DNA from: Candidatus Woesearchaeota archaeon
Lineage (GTDB): Archaea > Nanobdellota > Nanobdellia > Woesearchaeales > B29-G15
Assembly (NCBI GenBank): GCA_017610005.1
Contig: JAFCCU010000001.1
Span: 80,371 to 144,370 of the forward strand
Length of the DNA: 64,000 bases
Direction of reading: 5' to 3'
Shown here: piece after piece, positions 29,387 through 39,187 of the stretch
How the letters are laid out: every line of letters starts with the position of its first letter
Numbering within the stretch: the stretch's first letter is position 1
Translations under genes and position numbers: made by a program
The notes under the pieces: generated by a model
Database searches by the model: none
What the model was told of the DNA's origin: nothing
What the model saw: the letters and a program-made list of their open reading frames with translations, nothing else

Positions 29387-29414
29387 CACGCGTGTAACAG
29401 TCATTATACGAACG
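29387..29414. other. dif-like recombination site
   Basis: CACGCGTGTAA-CAGTCA-TTATACGAACG: 11-6-11 layout with TAA/TTA inner ends, about 34 bp upstream of xerA. Confidence 0.6.
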
Positions 29415-29774
29415 TTTAGTATTTAATACTTTCGTTTGTCGTCGGAGAAGCCATTCTAGCCCCATATTTACGCTAAAAAGGTTAGGGTAATGGAATAAAA
29501 GAAGGGTTGAAAAGATGTGTTGTTTTGAAAAATAATCAAAATTGTAAGAAACCAAAAAAAGTGGGTTTTTTGATAATTTCATTAAAAAGTAGAATTTCTT
29601 AATTATCATCAAATTTTAACAAAATTGGAAAAAATAAAAATAAAACAACAAACTTCTGTATTTCGAACTTTTGTATAAAACAACAAAAAGTGAGATCTTT
29701 GGAAAAAAAGTATTAAAACAAGTATATAATTCTTTTCAATATTGTAAAAAATATAATTGCTTTCTAAATACCTA

Positions 29775-29987
29775 TGATCAAAAGATTTAACCAAAAGCTA
29801 AAGCTTTTAATAATAAGTTCATTGTAGAAAGTTTTAAGAAATAATCAAAGGTTTTGATTATTAAATTATTTATAAAAATAATCAAAAGATTTGATTAAAA
29901 GTTAAATATTTTCATACTATAAACTTTTAAAAAATAATCAAAGGTTTTGATTAAAATAAAAAGCTAAATAATTAAAGGTTTTTGTTA
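29775..29987. repeat. array of 19-bp palindromic repeats TAATCAAA-N3-TTTGATTA
   Basis: Copies at 29842, 29879 and 29935 (perfect arms) and at 29775 and 29969 (degenerate), in an AT-rich intergenic region. Confidence 0.8.
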
Positions 29988-30068
29988 AAAGTTAATAATT
30001 ATTTAAAATTTCTTCCGAAATTTTACTGGGGTTTAATACCCTAGACTTCAGTCCGAAATTTTTAATCC

Positions 30069-30144
30069 CAAAAATCCATCACTCGGACCTATCCCCAACT
30101 TAAAAGTTGGGTTATTGCGGCCCCCGAAAAAAGATGGATTTTTG
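30069..30144. other. nested inverted repeat / stem-loop element
   Basis: CAAAAATCCATC...GATGGATTTTTG (12 bp) encloses CCCAACT-TAAA-AGTTGGG. Confidence 0.6.
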
Positions 30145-30211
30145 TTATAACTATTAAAAATATTTGATTCTAATCTACTAATATTTTAAAAAAGAATCTT
30201 CTTAAAAACAT

Positions 30212-31156
30212 TTACATAACTAAAACAGGTTCAGGAACTGTGTATTTAGATTTATTAGGAGTTTCTGCTTGCAATTCCTCAAGAATTGGCACTAAGTGAT
30301 TCTGAACAGCATTGTCAATGTATCTCCTGCTCAAAGAAATATTTCCTGCAGCAATTGGGGCCATAGTTTTCTTAATTTGTTTGCAATAAGCATCTTGATT
30401 ACGAGGATCTTGAGTTATTGTAATTAGTCTTTGGAGATTTTCTACTGTAATAAAGTCTGATTCTCCCTTTAGGGCCGCTTTCTCTCGTAATTCAGTTAAA
30501 CCCCCTGTTGCACCTTGTTTAGCAAGATATTCTAGATCAAATAAATCTGTTCCTTTAATTACACCATCCCACTCAATCATTCGTGAGACACATGCACTAA
30601 GTTTGTCTGCATACAATTCGTCAATAGGGGTTACTAGTAAACTTCCATATTCTCCTTCAATTCGTTCTGAGTCTCCTACAGCCACATTTTTTATTTCAAC
30701 AACAACTCGAGAAGCCCCTAAATGAGATTCTCCATGATCTTTAACAAGAAGATCATCTAGACCATATTCCCGCAAAGGCATATGGTCTAAGTCGCTTCCC
30801 TGTAAATCTTGCTCTGCAAGAGCAAATGAAACTCTAAGAAAATCAGGTTCATTTTTTTGTACTTCAATCTTCAGTGGCCAAAAAACTGGCCCAGCATCTG
30901 GTTTATGTGATTGTACGATATCTATTGGTTTAGTAGTTTCATCAATAATTGATTGAGCAATTGTATCAAAATCTGCACAAGCATAATCTAGATCAGCTGA
31001 ATACCTTGGAGAACCGTGAACAAAATGCATCGCTCCTCCACCACGAAGGACAAGGGCTTCAGAGAGTATGGGATCAGTCGCAAATTTACTTAAGATTGTT
31101 TCTAAAATTCTATCCCTTGATTCAAGCTTTATCCGATGGATTTCTTGCTGTTTCAT
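30212..31156 (-). CDS. AbiEii/AbiGii-family nucleotidyltransferase
   Basis: 'LVLRGGGAMHFVHGSPRYSADLDY', 'ELYADKLSA', 'DLFDL'. Confidence 0.85.
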   Translation of the reverse strand: MKQQEIHRIKLESRDRILETILSKFATDPILSEALVLRGGGAMHFVHGSPRYSADLDYACADFDTIAQSIIDETTKPIDIVQSHKPDAGPVFWPLKIEVQKNEPDFLRVSFALAEQDLQGSDLDHMPLREYGLDDLLVKDHGESHLGASRVVVEIKNVAVGDSERIEGEYGSLLVTPIDELYADKLSACVSRMIEWDGVIKGTDLFDLEYLAKQGATGGLTELREKAALKGESDFITVENLQRLITITQDPRNQDAYCKQIKKTMAPIAAGNISLSRRYIDNAVQNHLVPILEELQAETPNKSKYTVPEPVLVM

Positions 31157-31205
31157 TAAGAAAAACTTAGGATTTCATCATTTATAAGTCTTTTGGTTTG
31201 TTTGT

Positions 31206-31217
31206 TACTAATCAGTA
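31206..31217. promoter_or_regulatory. palindromic operator TACT-AATC-AGTA
   Basis: 18 nt upstream of the minus-strand CTTATAAA of the AbiEii gene. Confidence 0.55.
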
Positions 31218-31230
31218 ATAACAGATCAAT

Positions 31231-33660
31231 TTAATCCTCTCCAAGGTAAAGAACTTGGCTCATTTCTTTTATTATTGCTCCCGTATCCCTGCTCTCCTGG
31301 TCAACTATCTCTAATACATTTCCCCTTTGGTGGACTACTTTTAAGCCATTACTTGATAACTGTTCTTTTAAAAGTGAATACCCTTGTTCAATCATTGGTC
31401 CAAATTCCTGTGTTAAAATGCCTGTTTGCCAAAAAAAAGCTTTGGCATTTCGTTGAAGATGCTGCCTCTGTGAACTTAAGAATAAAAAGTCTTCAGTGGA
31501 CAAGTTTTGGGCATTAATTAACTCTTTAATATCCTCCGGTATCCTCTTGTCTAACCTGGCTATTGCTTGTTCATATCTAGTTGTTTCAAACCCTTCAACT
31601 TCTTCTGCAGCAACAGCCAGCACTGGGTTGCCATGATAAGCAAGAGCGAATTCTTTTTGAAAAAATGTACCTTCGTCTCTTTTAACAATTGTTAATAAGT
31701 CTCTTTTAATCTTGCGTTTAAGTTCAGGTTTTGTTAAGAGTAATTCTTCTACTCCCTCTTCTGCCAATAAAACAATCTCTTTTAATGCAACCCTATACTG
31801 ATTAATAATCTTTCTTCTTTGATCCCAATCCTTGCTAAATTCTTCATGTAAACCTCTAAATTCATCTCGAGAAACACCTGTATAATTAAATAAGTCTGAA
31901 TAATCATGATTGAGTTTTTCAGTGTATAAAAAACCAATAAGTAAGTTTTCTGCAATTGGTTCTAAATATCTAATAAATGTGAGCGAGTCATTTCCCCTAT
32001 CTAATGAGGTTCTGTAAGCCTCAAAAAGAGCTTTTGTTTCAGGGACTCTTTTAACAATAACATCTTCAATAAAAAGTGGCCAAGGAACGTAAGCAAGGTG
32101 GCGTGAGCCTGCAGATTCTTCTGTTGGAAGTTGCCTTAATTTTTTCCCGTCTTCTTTTAATTTTTTCTTTTTAGGATTTAAGATAATATCAGGAATTCTA
32201 TGCCTTCCATATCGTTTATAAAACCTCTTATCAATAAGTTCTGTAAGTGCTTCTCTTCTTAGTGTGAGATTTTTCAAGGGAATGCCAGTTAGATTTGCTA
32301 TTTCTTGGAGGCTTTGTTTTTGAGGTTCAATCTTATTATCTACTGCAATCATGATTGCAGTATCTTCTATAGCGTATTGGCCGATAAGATTTATTGTTTC
32401 AGTATCACCAAGCTCAGCAAGAAGACTTAGATAGTTTAGAAAGTCTCTAGGTAAACCTTTTTTAAAAGTGATGTCCAGTTGTTTGCAAATAGCTTCAAGA
32501 TTTCTGCGTTTAAATTGAGGAATACAATTAAATGCAATATAAAGTGGATCAATAATAATTGCATCAGCAAATCTTTCTTTGACAAAAAATTCACTATCTC
32601 CATTTTTTATTGAAGACTTTCTTGGCCCTCTATTGTGCAAATCTGCCCAAGAATTATCTTTTTGCAATTTTGTTTGTATTTTTTTTAATTCCTCAAAGTC
32701 GTAGCCATGGTAATGAAGAATAAATGAAAAAGGTGCTTCTTTATGCCAAATGTCTCTGGCCCAATCCCTCATTTCCATAGTAGAAATTACAGCCTTTAGA
32801 TTTTGTTTTTGGCGTTCATGGTGGGTTGCAAATATCAATGAGAGTGCAGGGAAAATTGAGGGAGAATATGTACTAATATTTTCCCCTAAACTTTCAATAG
32901 CTTGGGAAAATTCATCATATATGGTGCCAAACCTTTCATAAACTCGATCTTTTTTTGCACCTTTTCTTTTTAGGGCTTTTTGAAATTCAATAAATCTTGC
33001 TTCAACTGCTTCATCAGTTGCTAAGAATTGGTGCACTTGAAACTCTACTCCTTCTGCTTTAAGAATTCCTTCTAAAGGGGTTGTTGTTCCAAGATGGCCT
33101 TCATATTTTCCATCTCTTTTAATTATCAATGCATTATGGCTCATATGGCCTTTTGAATGTTGCAACATAACATTTGCCCATTCAAATATTTCTTTTTCTG
33201 TGGCCCCTTCAAGCTCTGGAGTCAATAAAATGGCTTTAGGTATAAAATACTCATTAAACCATTCTTTAAAAACAGGATTTTCTAAAGAAGGAGGAGAATC
33301 ATCACTAAAGAAAGCAAATTCAGTATCCATATAAATTCGATTTTTAGATAAGAGGTTTACATCCTCTTCAAGTACAGATATTGTGTTTGGGGCAAAATTT
33401 ATACCTGTCCTGCTCCATTCTAGGATATTTTGGCTGGGATTTTCAGCTACTTTTTTTAATAGTTCTGGATTAATTTGAACATATCTTTCAAGGCTTCCTA
33501 ATTCCCAGGATAACACTTTAGCAGCACTCTTTAAGTTTGGAGGAATTGAGCTTCTTAACGTGCAAACCGGGCCAGTTTCATCTCTAAATGTAAAAAGAGC
33601 CTCTCTTCTGTCTTCTCCTTTCACTTTATGCACAGTGATGGAGTCATTAATAATTGGCAT
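31231..33660 (-). CDS. family-B polymerase-like protein: 3'-5' exonuclease motifs present, polymerase motifs degenerate
   Basis: ExoI 'IYMDTEF', ExoII 'HYHGYDF', ExoIII 'QYAIEDT'; C-terminal 'GLKVVHQRGNVLEI' aligns with PolB motif C 'GFKVIYGDTDSIF' but lacks the Asp residues. Confidence 0.6.
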   Translation of the reverse strand: MPIINDSITVHKVKGEDRREALFTFRDETGPVCTLRSSIPPNLKSAAKVLSWELGSLERYVQINPELLKKVAENPSQNILEWSRTGINFAPNTISVLEEDVNLLSKNRIYMDTEFAFFSDDSPPSLENPVFKEWFNEYFIPKAILLTPELEGATEKEIFEWANVMLQHSKGHMSHNALIIKRDGKYEGHLGTTTPLEGILKAEGVEFQVHQFLATDEAVEARFIEFQKALKRKGAKKDRVYERFGTIYDEFSQAIESLGENISTYSPSIFPALSLIFATHHERQKQNLKAVISTMEMRDWARDIWHKEAPFSFILHYHGYDFEELKKIQTKLQKDNSWADLHNRGPRKSSIKNGDSEFFVKERFADAIIIDPLYIAFNCIPQFKRRNLEAICKQLDITFKKGLPRDFLNYLSLLAELGDTETINLIGQYAIEDTAIMIAVDNKIEPQKQSLQEIANLTGIPLKNLTLRREALTELIDKRFYKRYGRHRIPDIILNPKKKKLKEDGKKLRQLPTEESAGSRHLAYVPWPLFIEDVIVKRVPETKALFEAYRTSLDRGNDSLTFIRYLEPIAENLLIGFLYTEKLNHDYSDLFNYTGVSRDEFRGLHEEFSKDWDQRRKIINQYRVALKEIVLLAEEGVEELLLTKPELKRKIKRDLLTIVKRDEGTFFQKEFALAYHGNPVLAVAAEEVEGFETTRYEQAIARLDKRIPEDIKELINAQNLSTEDFLFLSSQRQHLQRNAKAFFWQTGILTQEFGPMIEQGYSLLKEQLSSNGLKVVHQRGNVLEIVDQESRDTGAIIKEMSQVLYLGED

Positions 33661-33706
33661 TATCTGCAGAGAGTACCGGCAGGTTTTTAAAGTTTTTTAT
33701 TTTATT

Positions 33707-33718
33707 TACTAATTAGTA
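33707..33718. promoter_or_regulatory. palindromic operator TACT-AATT-AGTA
   Basis: Between the divergent PolB-like and DinG genes, 16 nt upstream of the minus-strand TTTAAAAA. Confidence 0.55.
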
Positions 33719-33745
33719 GTCAATATTTAGAAAAATGGTTAAAAA

Positions 33746-35350
33746 ATGGCAAATGTTGTAAATTATTTCCCATTTCCTGTATTAAGGCCTCATCAAGCAG
33801 AGTTTTTAGAGGCTATTGTTCAAGCTTTTGATTCTGGGTATAAATATGTCCCTCTTGAAGCACCAACTGGTTTTGGAAAATCTCCCTTAGCAGTGGCTTT
33901 GGGGAATTATTACGGAGATCAAGGGAATGGGACCCATATCTTAACCTCTACAAAACAGCTTCAAACACAATATCTTTCAACTTTTCCTAATGATGTTAGA
34001 ACAGTCAAGGGGAGGGCAAATTTTACTTGCAATGCAGTAAATGTTTTAATTGATCAAGCAAAGGTTCCTACTTCTAGGGCCCCTTGTATTACTGATCCTA
34101 AATATGATTGCTCTTTAAAGCCAGGACTTGCAGGAGAGGATTTAGCAGCAATTTCAGCTAACCGTGGGCCTTTATTTTGGAAATCAAAAGAACACTGTAC
34201 CTATTGGGCTCAAAAAACTGGCGCTATGAATTCCAAAATTGCACTCCACAATTATCCTTACTTTATTGGTGAAACAGAACATGTTGGAGATTTTGGAAAA
34301 CGTGACTTACTAATTTGTGATGAGGCTCATAACATTGAATCTGAGATTATGAAATATGTGGGGTTAAAAGTTGATGCACGCACACTTAAACAATGTGGAC
34401 TTAGAATTGAGGGTGATGTTGAAGAGGCAGTTAGGTATAGAACTGTCTTAGATACTCTTGCTGATAATTTAAGGCAATTAGTTGATATTGAAGTTGATCC
34501 AGAAAGAGCTAATGAACTGGAACAACTTTTAGGTAAAACCCAAATGGTTGCTGATGGGATTGATTGCAATCCTAAAAATTGGGTTGTGCTTCATACTAAT
34601 GGAGGAATTGAATTTAAACCTTTACAAATTTCTAATTATACTAAAGACCTTTTGTTTAACAAAGGAGAGCGTGTTTTGCTTATGTCTGCAACAATACTTA
34701 ACATAAATATGCTCCAGAGGTATCTAGGACTTGACCCTAGAGAGGTTGCACCTATTCTTAAGGTGCCTGCTCAGATATCCCCTGACCAGCGAAAATTTCA
34801 TTTAAGATATGTTGGGAGTATGAGTAGAGAATCTAGAACTGAAACAATGCCAAGATTAATTGAAGAAGTAGATAAAATAATTACAGAACATCCTCATGAA
34901 AAAGGAATAATTCATTCAGTTTCTTACCAAAATGCAAAAGAAATTTATTCTGGAGTTTCGAGTCATTCAAGAAGCAGACTCTTGTTTCCAACCTCTTCGC
35001 AACAGATACCTCGCAATATGGAGATCCACACAACTTCATCTGATCCAACTGTTCTTCTTTCTCCAAGTATGAAAGAAGGAGTAGACTTAGTAGAAGCTCT
35101 ATCGAGGTTTCAAGTGATGGTAAAAGTTCCCTATCCTTTCTTGGGAGATCCCCAAATTATGAGGAGGATGAAAAATGATAGATCTTGGTACGAATGGATG
35201 ACTCTTGTAAGTTTGATTCAAACAGCTGGTCGTTCTGTGAGGTCTACTGAGGATTGGGCAGAAACCTTTATTTTAGATTCTGCTTTTGATAATCTAAAAA
35301 ATTCTAGGTTAATTCCTAAGTGGTTTAAGGAAGCTTATGTTTCTGGTTAG
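33746..35350 (+). CDS. DinG/XPD-family SF2 helicase
   Basis: Q-motif 'RPHQ', 'APTGFGKS', four FeS-type Cys, 'DEAH', 'MSAT', 'QTAGRSVRS'. Confidence 0.92.
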   Translation: MANVVNYFPFPVLRPHQAEFLEAIVQAFDSGYKYVPLEAPTGFGKSPLAVALGNYYGDQGNGTHILTSTKQLQTQYLSTFPNDVRTVKGRANFTCNAVNVLIDQAKVPTSRAPCITDPKYDCSLKPGLAGEDLAAISANRGPLFWKSKEHCTYWAQKTGAMNSKIALHNYPYFIGETEHVGDFGKRDLLICDEAHNIESEIMKYVGLKVDARTLKQCGLRIEGDVEEAVRYRTVLDTLADNLRQLVDIEVDPERANELEQLLGKTQMVADGIDCNPKNWVVLHTNGGIEFKPLQISNYTKDLLFNKGERVLLMSATILNINMLQRYLGLDPREVAPILKVPAQISPDQRKFHLRYVGSMSRESRTETMPRLIEEVDKIITEHPHEKGIIHSVSYQNAKEIYSGVSSHSRSRLLFPTSSQQIPRNMEIHTTSSDPTVLLSPSMKEGVDLVEALSRFQVMVKVPYPFLGDPQIMRRMKNDRSWYEWMTLVSLIQTAGRSVRSTEDWAETFILDSAFDNLKNSRLIPKWFKEAYVSG

Positions 35351-35364
35351 GATTTTTATTTGGT

Positions 35365-35489
35365 ATAAGAGTGATCTAACTGAGTTTCTATTAGCGTTTG
35401 CACCCCCTATATGAAACGTTCCCAGGCACTGCCCTTTCTTCATTATAGTTTACAAGCCCAACAGTGCCCTTGATCTTTAATACTCTTAT
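35365..35489 (-). ncRNA. candidate 125-nt structured RNA (three-way junction)
   Basis: Closing stem ATAAGAGT/ACTCTTAT plus GATC/GATC; arms GGCACTG/CAGTGCC and CTGGG..GTTTC/GAAAC-TCAG with a GCAA loop; G-U pairs favour the minus strand. Confidence 0.4.
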
Positions 35490-35586
35490 TAAAAAAACAT
35501 TTAGGTAATATTAACCAAAAAGAACAGCCACGTAAATGGCAACCCCTTTTCTTAATCCATAAAGAAAAAAGATTTAGCCAAAAGTA

Positions 35587-36063
35587 TTACTCTTTCTTTT
35601 GATATTCAAGCAAGAAAATCTCCTCTTTTTTCTTAGTCCAATGAGGAAGTGTATCCACAAGTTCAAATCCCAATTTTTCCCAGAATAAGGATAATTGGGC
35701 GTAATCTGAATCAGTTTTTACAGTTATTTTGGCTTTTGGAAACTTTTCTAGAATTAAATTAGTAGCAAATTCAATTAAGAATTTACCTCCTCCCCTTCTT
35801 TGATAGTTTCTTCTTACAACTAAATGGTTAAGTCTAAATTCTTTAGGCGTTACTTTTCTAATGCAGACTCCACCGACAATTTCTCTATCAATTCCAACAA
35901 ATACTCCACCAGTTTTACCATGCTTTTTTTCATAATCTTTAAGATAGGTAAGTACTTCTGGTGTTTCTTGTGAAAAAACTCCATGGCCATCAGGAAAAGA
36001 ACTTTTCCCTAATTGATCATAGATGGGATATTCTTCAGGTTTGGCTTTTCTTATTTCTATCAT
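35587..36063 (-). CDS. GNAT-family N-acetyltransferase
   Basis: 'LVVRRNYQRRGGGKFLI' and 'FWEKLGF'. Confidence 0.88.
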   Translation of the reverse strand: MIEIRKAKPEEYPIYDQLGKSSFPDGHGVFSQETPEVLTYLKDYEKKHGKTGGVFVGIDREIVGGVCIRKVTPKEFRLNHLVVRRNYQRRGGGKFLIEFATNLILEKFPKAKITVKTDSDYAQLSLFWEKLGFELVDTLPHWTKKKEEIFLLEYQKKE

Positions 36064-36785
36064 CCTAAATAGTCCAGCTTTTTCTTTTCATGAATTTCAG
36101 ATGCCATCTTGCCTTTCATTAGAATATTTTTTAATTTATCTTCAAATTCTTGAGCTTGTTTTAATAATGGTTCATAATCAACTGCAAGCCCTAGATATTT
36201 ATCTAATGCCATAATAATTCCCGCAGCAGCTTTACTGTCAGGGAGTTTTGTATGAGTTTTTGCAAAGAAGCATGTTAATGGGATTTTGCCACTTTTTAAA
36301 ATTAAAGCAGAGGTTAAACCCATAATAATTCCATCTTGAAGTTTATTCAATGCAAGATGTTTCATTTTTAATTCAATTGCGTGGGTGTTTGTATAGTAAA
36401 AAACAGATCCATCTTTTACACTTTCGTCAATTTCTTGTTCTTGAGCACCAACACCTTCAATACTTATTACTTCTCTTGCATTAAGTTTAGTATAAAGTTC
36501 TAAAATTGCAATAGATAATTCCCATTCATTCCCATACATCATATTTAGGCCATGAACAATCACCATATTTTTTTCTTTATTATAATAAATTCCAAGAGGC
36601 TCAATAATCTTACCTTTATGAATGGCAACAATAGCAGGAGCATCATCAAAAATAATTTTACCAATCTGTTCAAACTTCATATGTTCCATCAAAAATTCAG
36701 TAGAAATTGTCCCTATCAGTCCAATACCTGGAAATCCTTCAATGAGAGTTACGTTTTTTGGTTTTTTATTAAGCCTTACTTCCAT
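36060..36785 (-). CDS. PAC2-family proteasome assembly chaperone
   Basis: 'IEGFPGIGLIGTI', 'LPDSKAAA', C-terminal HbYX-like 'YLG'. Confidence 0.9.
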   Translation of the reverse strand: MEVRLNKKPKNVTLIEGFPGIGLIGTISTEFLMEHMKFEQIGKIIFDDAPAIVAIHKGKIIEPLGIYYNKEKNMVIVHGLNMMYGNEWELSIAILELYTKLNAREVISIEGVGAQEQEIDESVKDGSVFYYTNTHAIELKMKHLALNKLQDGIIMGLTSALILKSGKIPLTCFFAKTHTKLPDSKAAAGIIMALDKYLGLAVDYEPLLKQAQEFEDKLKNILMKGKMASEIHEKKKLDYLG

Positions 36786-36797
36786 TTTGCCACCTCT

Positions 36798-38684
36798 TTA
36801 ATTTCTGTTTTGTTTTAGAGCTTTTAAAACTTTCTCTTGCCCTTTCCAATTTAGGGCGTGTTCAAGCACTTCACTTATGTGGGTTACAGGTATTATTTTT
36901 ATCTTATTTTCCTTATCTTTTGATATAACAATATCTTCAATATTAGATTTTGGTACAATTGCTACTTTTATTCCTGTTTCAATAGCAGCTTCTATTTTTG
37001 GAGTAATTCCTCCAACTGGTAAAACATCTCCTCTCACAGATAATGAACCAGTCATACAAACACCTTGTTTAACAGGTAGCCCCTTTAATGCAGAGATAAT
37101 TGCAGTTGCAACAGCAATACTTGCTGAATCACCTTCTAAGCCATCATAGCTTTGCAAGAATTGTACAAAAACATCATATTTATCCTTTAGATCCTCTCCA
37201 AAGTTCTTCCTAATAATTGCAGTAACATTGATTATTGCTTCTTTAGCAATTTCTCCCAATTTACCTGTAGCAACAATTCGTTTCTCCTTGCCCCCTGGAG
37301 TAACTTCAGCTTCAATTGGCTGGATTATCCCAGAATAAGCTTGGTCAGAACCAAAGACTGCAAGCCCGTTGACCCTTCCTACTTTTTCACCGCTAGTCCT
37401 AATTACTTCATATTCTTTTCTTCTATCTATATATTCATCTGCCATCTGTTGTTCAACTGGCCTTGCAGTTTTTCTAGCTGAGATTACGTGATTTACAGTA
37501 ACAAACTTTGCTTTCTCTTTTACTGCAATATCTCCTGCAGCTCTAATCAGTCCACCAAGTCCTCTTAACATTAAAGTAAAATGGCCTTTTCGAGGAGATC
37601 TCCTTTTAGCTTCTTTGATTATTTCTTCAACAGCTGATTTATCAAAATGAGGAATTTTTTTGTCCTTAATAACTTCTTGAGCAACAAATCTTACTAGTTT
37701 GTCTTTATTTTTTTGAGTGTTTTTCATTGATTCATTCATAAAGACTTCATAACCGTATCCTCTTATTCTGGATCTTAACGCTGGATGCATTTCTCTTAAG
37801 GTTTCAACATTTCCAGCAGCAACTAATACAAAGTCACAAGGTACTGGTTCAGTTTTAACCATAGCACCTGCTGATCTTTCAGATTGGCCAGTAATTGAAA
37901 ATTCTTTATTTTGTATGGCTGAAAGTAATTCTTGTTGGGTTGTTGGTGTAAGGGTTGCAATTTCATCAAAAAATAAAACTCCTTTATGGGCTTTGTGAAT
38001 CATTCCTGCCATAACTCTCATATTTGCAGGTGTGCCTAGGCCTCCTGACTGAAATGGATCGTGAAGTACGTCGCCAAGAAGAGCTCCTGCATGAGCACCA
38101 GTTGCATCATGAAATGGCGCTTGTTTTTTCTTATGATTGTCAACAATTAACTTTGGTGGGACTGATTTAGTTTGAAACATGCGCTTTCCAAACGATAAAA
38201 ACATCATAAATGCACCTAAAAAGACCATACTTCCTAAAAAAATACCTACAAACATTATTCCTCCTAGAAGCATTGAACCTCCTTCAATATCTGAATAATA
38301 ATTAAATGAGTACCAAGGAGCAATCATTGCAATTATTAATATCGCAAATAGAATAACATTTTGAAATTTAAAAATATTGTTTCCCTGAGCTTTTGCTTGC
38401 CCAATTAAAGTTCTTCCTTGGCCAGCCTTAACTTCTCTAATCAATGGTGCAAATTCATCATTAGGGTTTGCAAAAGATAACACATCCTTAAGTTTTTCTT
38501 TGGGCAAAAGTTCAGCTAGAGCCATTCCAAGCATACTTTTCCCTGTTCCTGGCTTACCTAGAAGTAAAACATGTCTTCGTTGTAATGCTGCTTCTTTAAT
38601 AATTTCAACAGCCCCTTCTTGACCAATGATTTGGTCAACTATTCGCTTCTTTACAGTTATATCCTTTGTAGTTTTATATTTCAT
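36798..38684 (-). CDS. lonB: archaeal ATP-dependent protease LonB
   Basis: 'GKPGTGKS', two TM inserts, '[12 protein letters not shown]', 'EGDSASIA' catalytic Ser, '[11 protein letters not shown]' Lys. Confidence 0.96.
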   Translation of the reverse strand: MKYKTTKDITVKKRIVDQIIGQEGAVEIIKEAALQRRHVLLLGKPGTGKSMLGMALAELLPKEKLKDVLSFANPNDEFAPLIREVKAGQGRTLIGQAKAQGNNIFKFQNVILFAILIIAMIAPWYSFNYYSDIEGGSMLLGGIMFVGIFLGSMVFLGAFMMFLSFGKRMFQTKSVPPKLIVDNHKKKQAPFHDATGAHAGALLGDVLHDPFQSGGLGTPANMRVMAGMIHKAHKGVLFFDEIATLTPTTQQELLSAIQNKEFSITGQSERSAGAMVKTEPVPCDFVLVAAGNVETLREMHPALRSRIRGYGYEVFMNESMKNTQKNKDKLVRFVAQEVIKDKKIPHFDKSAVEEIIKEAKRRSPRKGHFTLMLRGLGGLIRAAGDIAVKEKAKFVTVNHVISARKTARPVEQQMADEYIDRRKEYEVIRTSGEKVGRVNGLAVFGSDQAYSGIIQPIEAEVTPGGKEKRIVATGKLGEIAKEAIINVTAIIRKNFGEDLKDKYDVFVQFLQSYDGLEGDSASIAVATAIISALKGLPVKQGVCMTGSLSVRGDVLPVGGITPKIEAAIETGIKVAIVPKSNIEDIVISKDKENKIKIIPVTHISEVLEHALNWKGQEKVLKALKQNRN

Positions 38685-38743
38685 CCCCAATATCGGGATA
38701 AATCAAGGGTTTAAAAAGGTTGTGAAAAAAGTACTTAGATTTT

Positions 38744-39187
38744 TTAGCTATACCATTCCGGCGCAACATTATTTAATGCTTTAATAAGAACACTTGAAAC
38801 AACATTAATTGCTGGTACAGGAGAATTGGCTACTTCTACTTTCTTTTCATAGTTATCTGTTTTCACATACATTCCTGTACACATCCCTCCAATAACATAC
38901 TTGTTTATGTAGGAATCTTCTAAAGAAGTAAAATTATATTCATCTAATAATCCAATAATTTCCCTTACTTTTTGTCTTGAAATTGAGGCATTTTTAATAA
39001 GCTTCTCACTGCCATGGGATACTAAGATATCTATATCCCCGCGGCCATTTAATGTAATTTGAGTCCAGCCCCAGGATTGGTTACAGGAACCAAACCCATA
39101 TTGAAGATTAATATTTTGAGGGGCACAGCTAATTAATATAATTACTAAAAAGAAAATTAAAAATTTACATCTCTTCAACGACATCAA
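38744..39187 (-). CDS. putative lipoprotein
   Basis: 'KFLIFFLVIILISCAPQ' lipobox-like signal; start uncertain. Confidence 0.65.
   Translation of the reverse strand: MMSLKRCKFLIFFLVIILISCAPQNINLQYGFGSCNQSWGWTQITLNGRGDIDILVSHGSEKLIKNASISRQKVREIIGLLDEYNFTSLEDSYINKYVIGGMCTGMYVKTDNYEKKVEVANSPVPAINVVSSVLIKALNNVAPEWYS

Noticed and set aside
29346-29794. ORFs 29346-29612 and 29609-29794
   Set aside because: F/L/I/K/N-biased translations of AT-rich DNA; one overlaps the dif-like site and the xerA promoter
35655-35680. tRNA T-loop-like GTTCAAATCCC
   Set aside because: Inside the GNAT CDS with no cloverleaf around it
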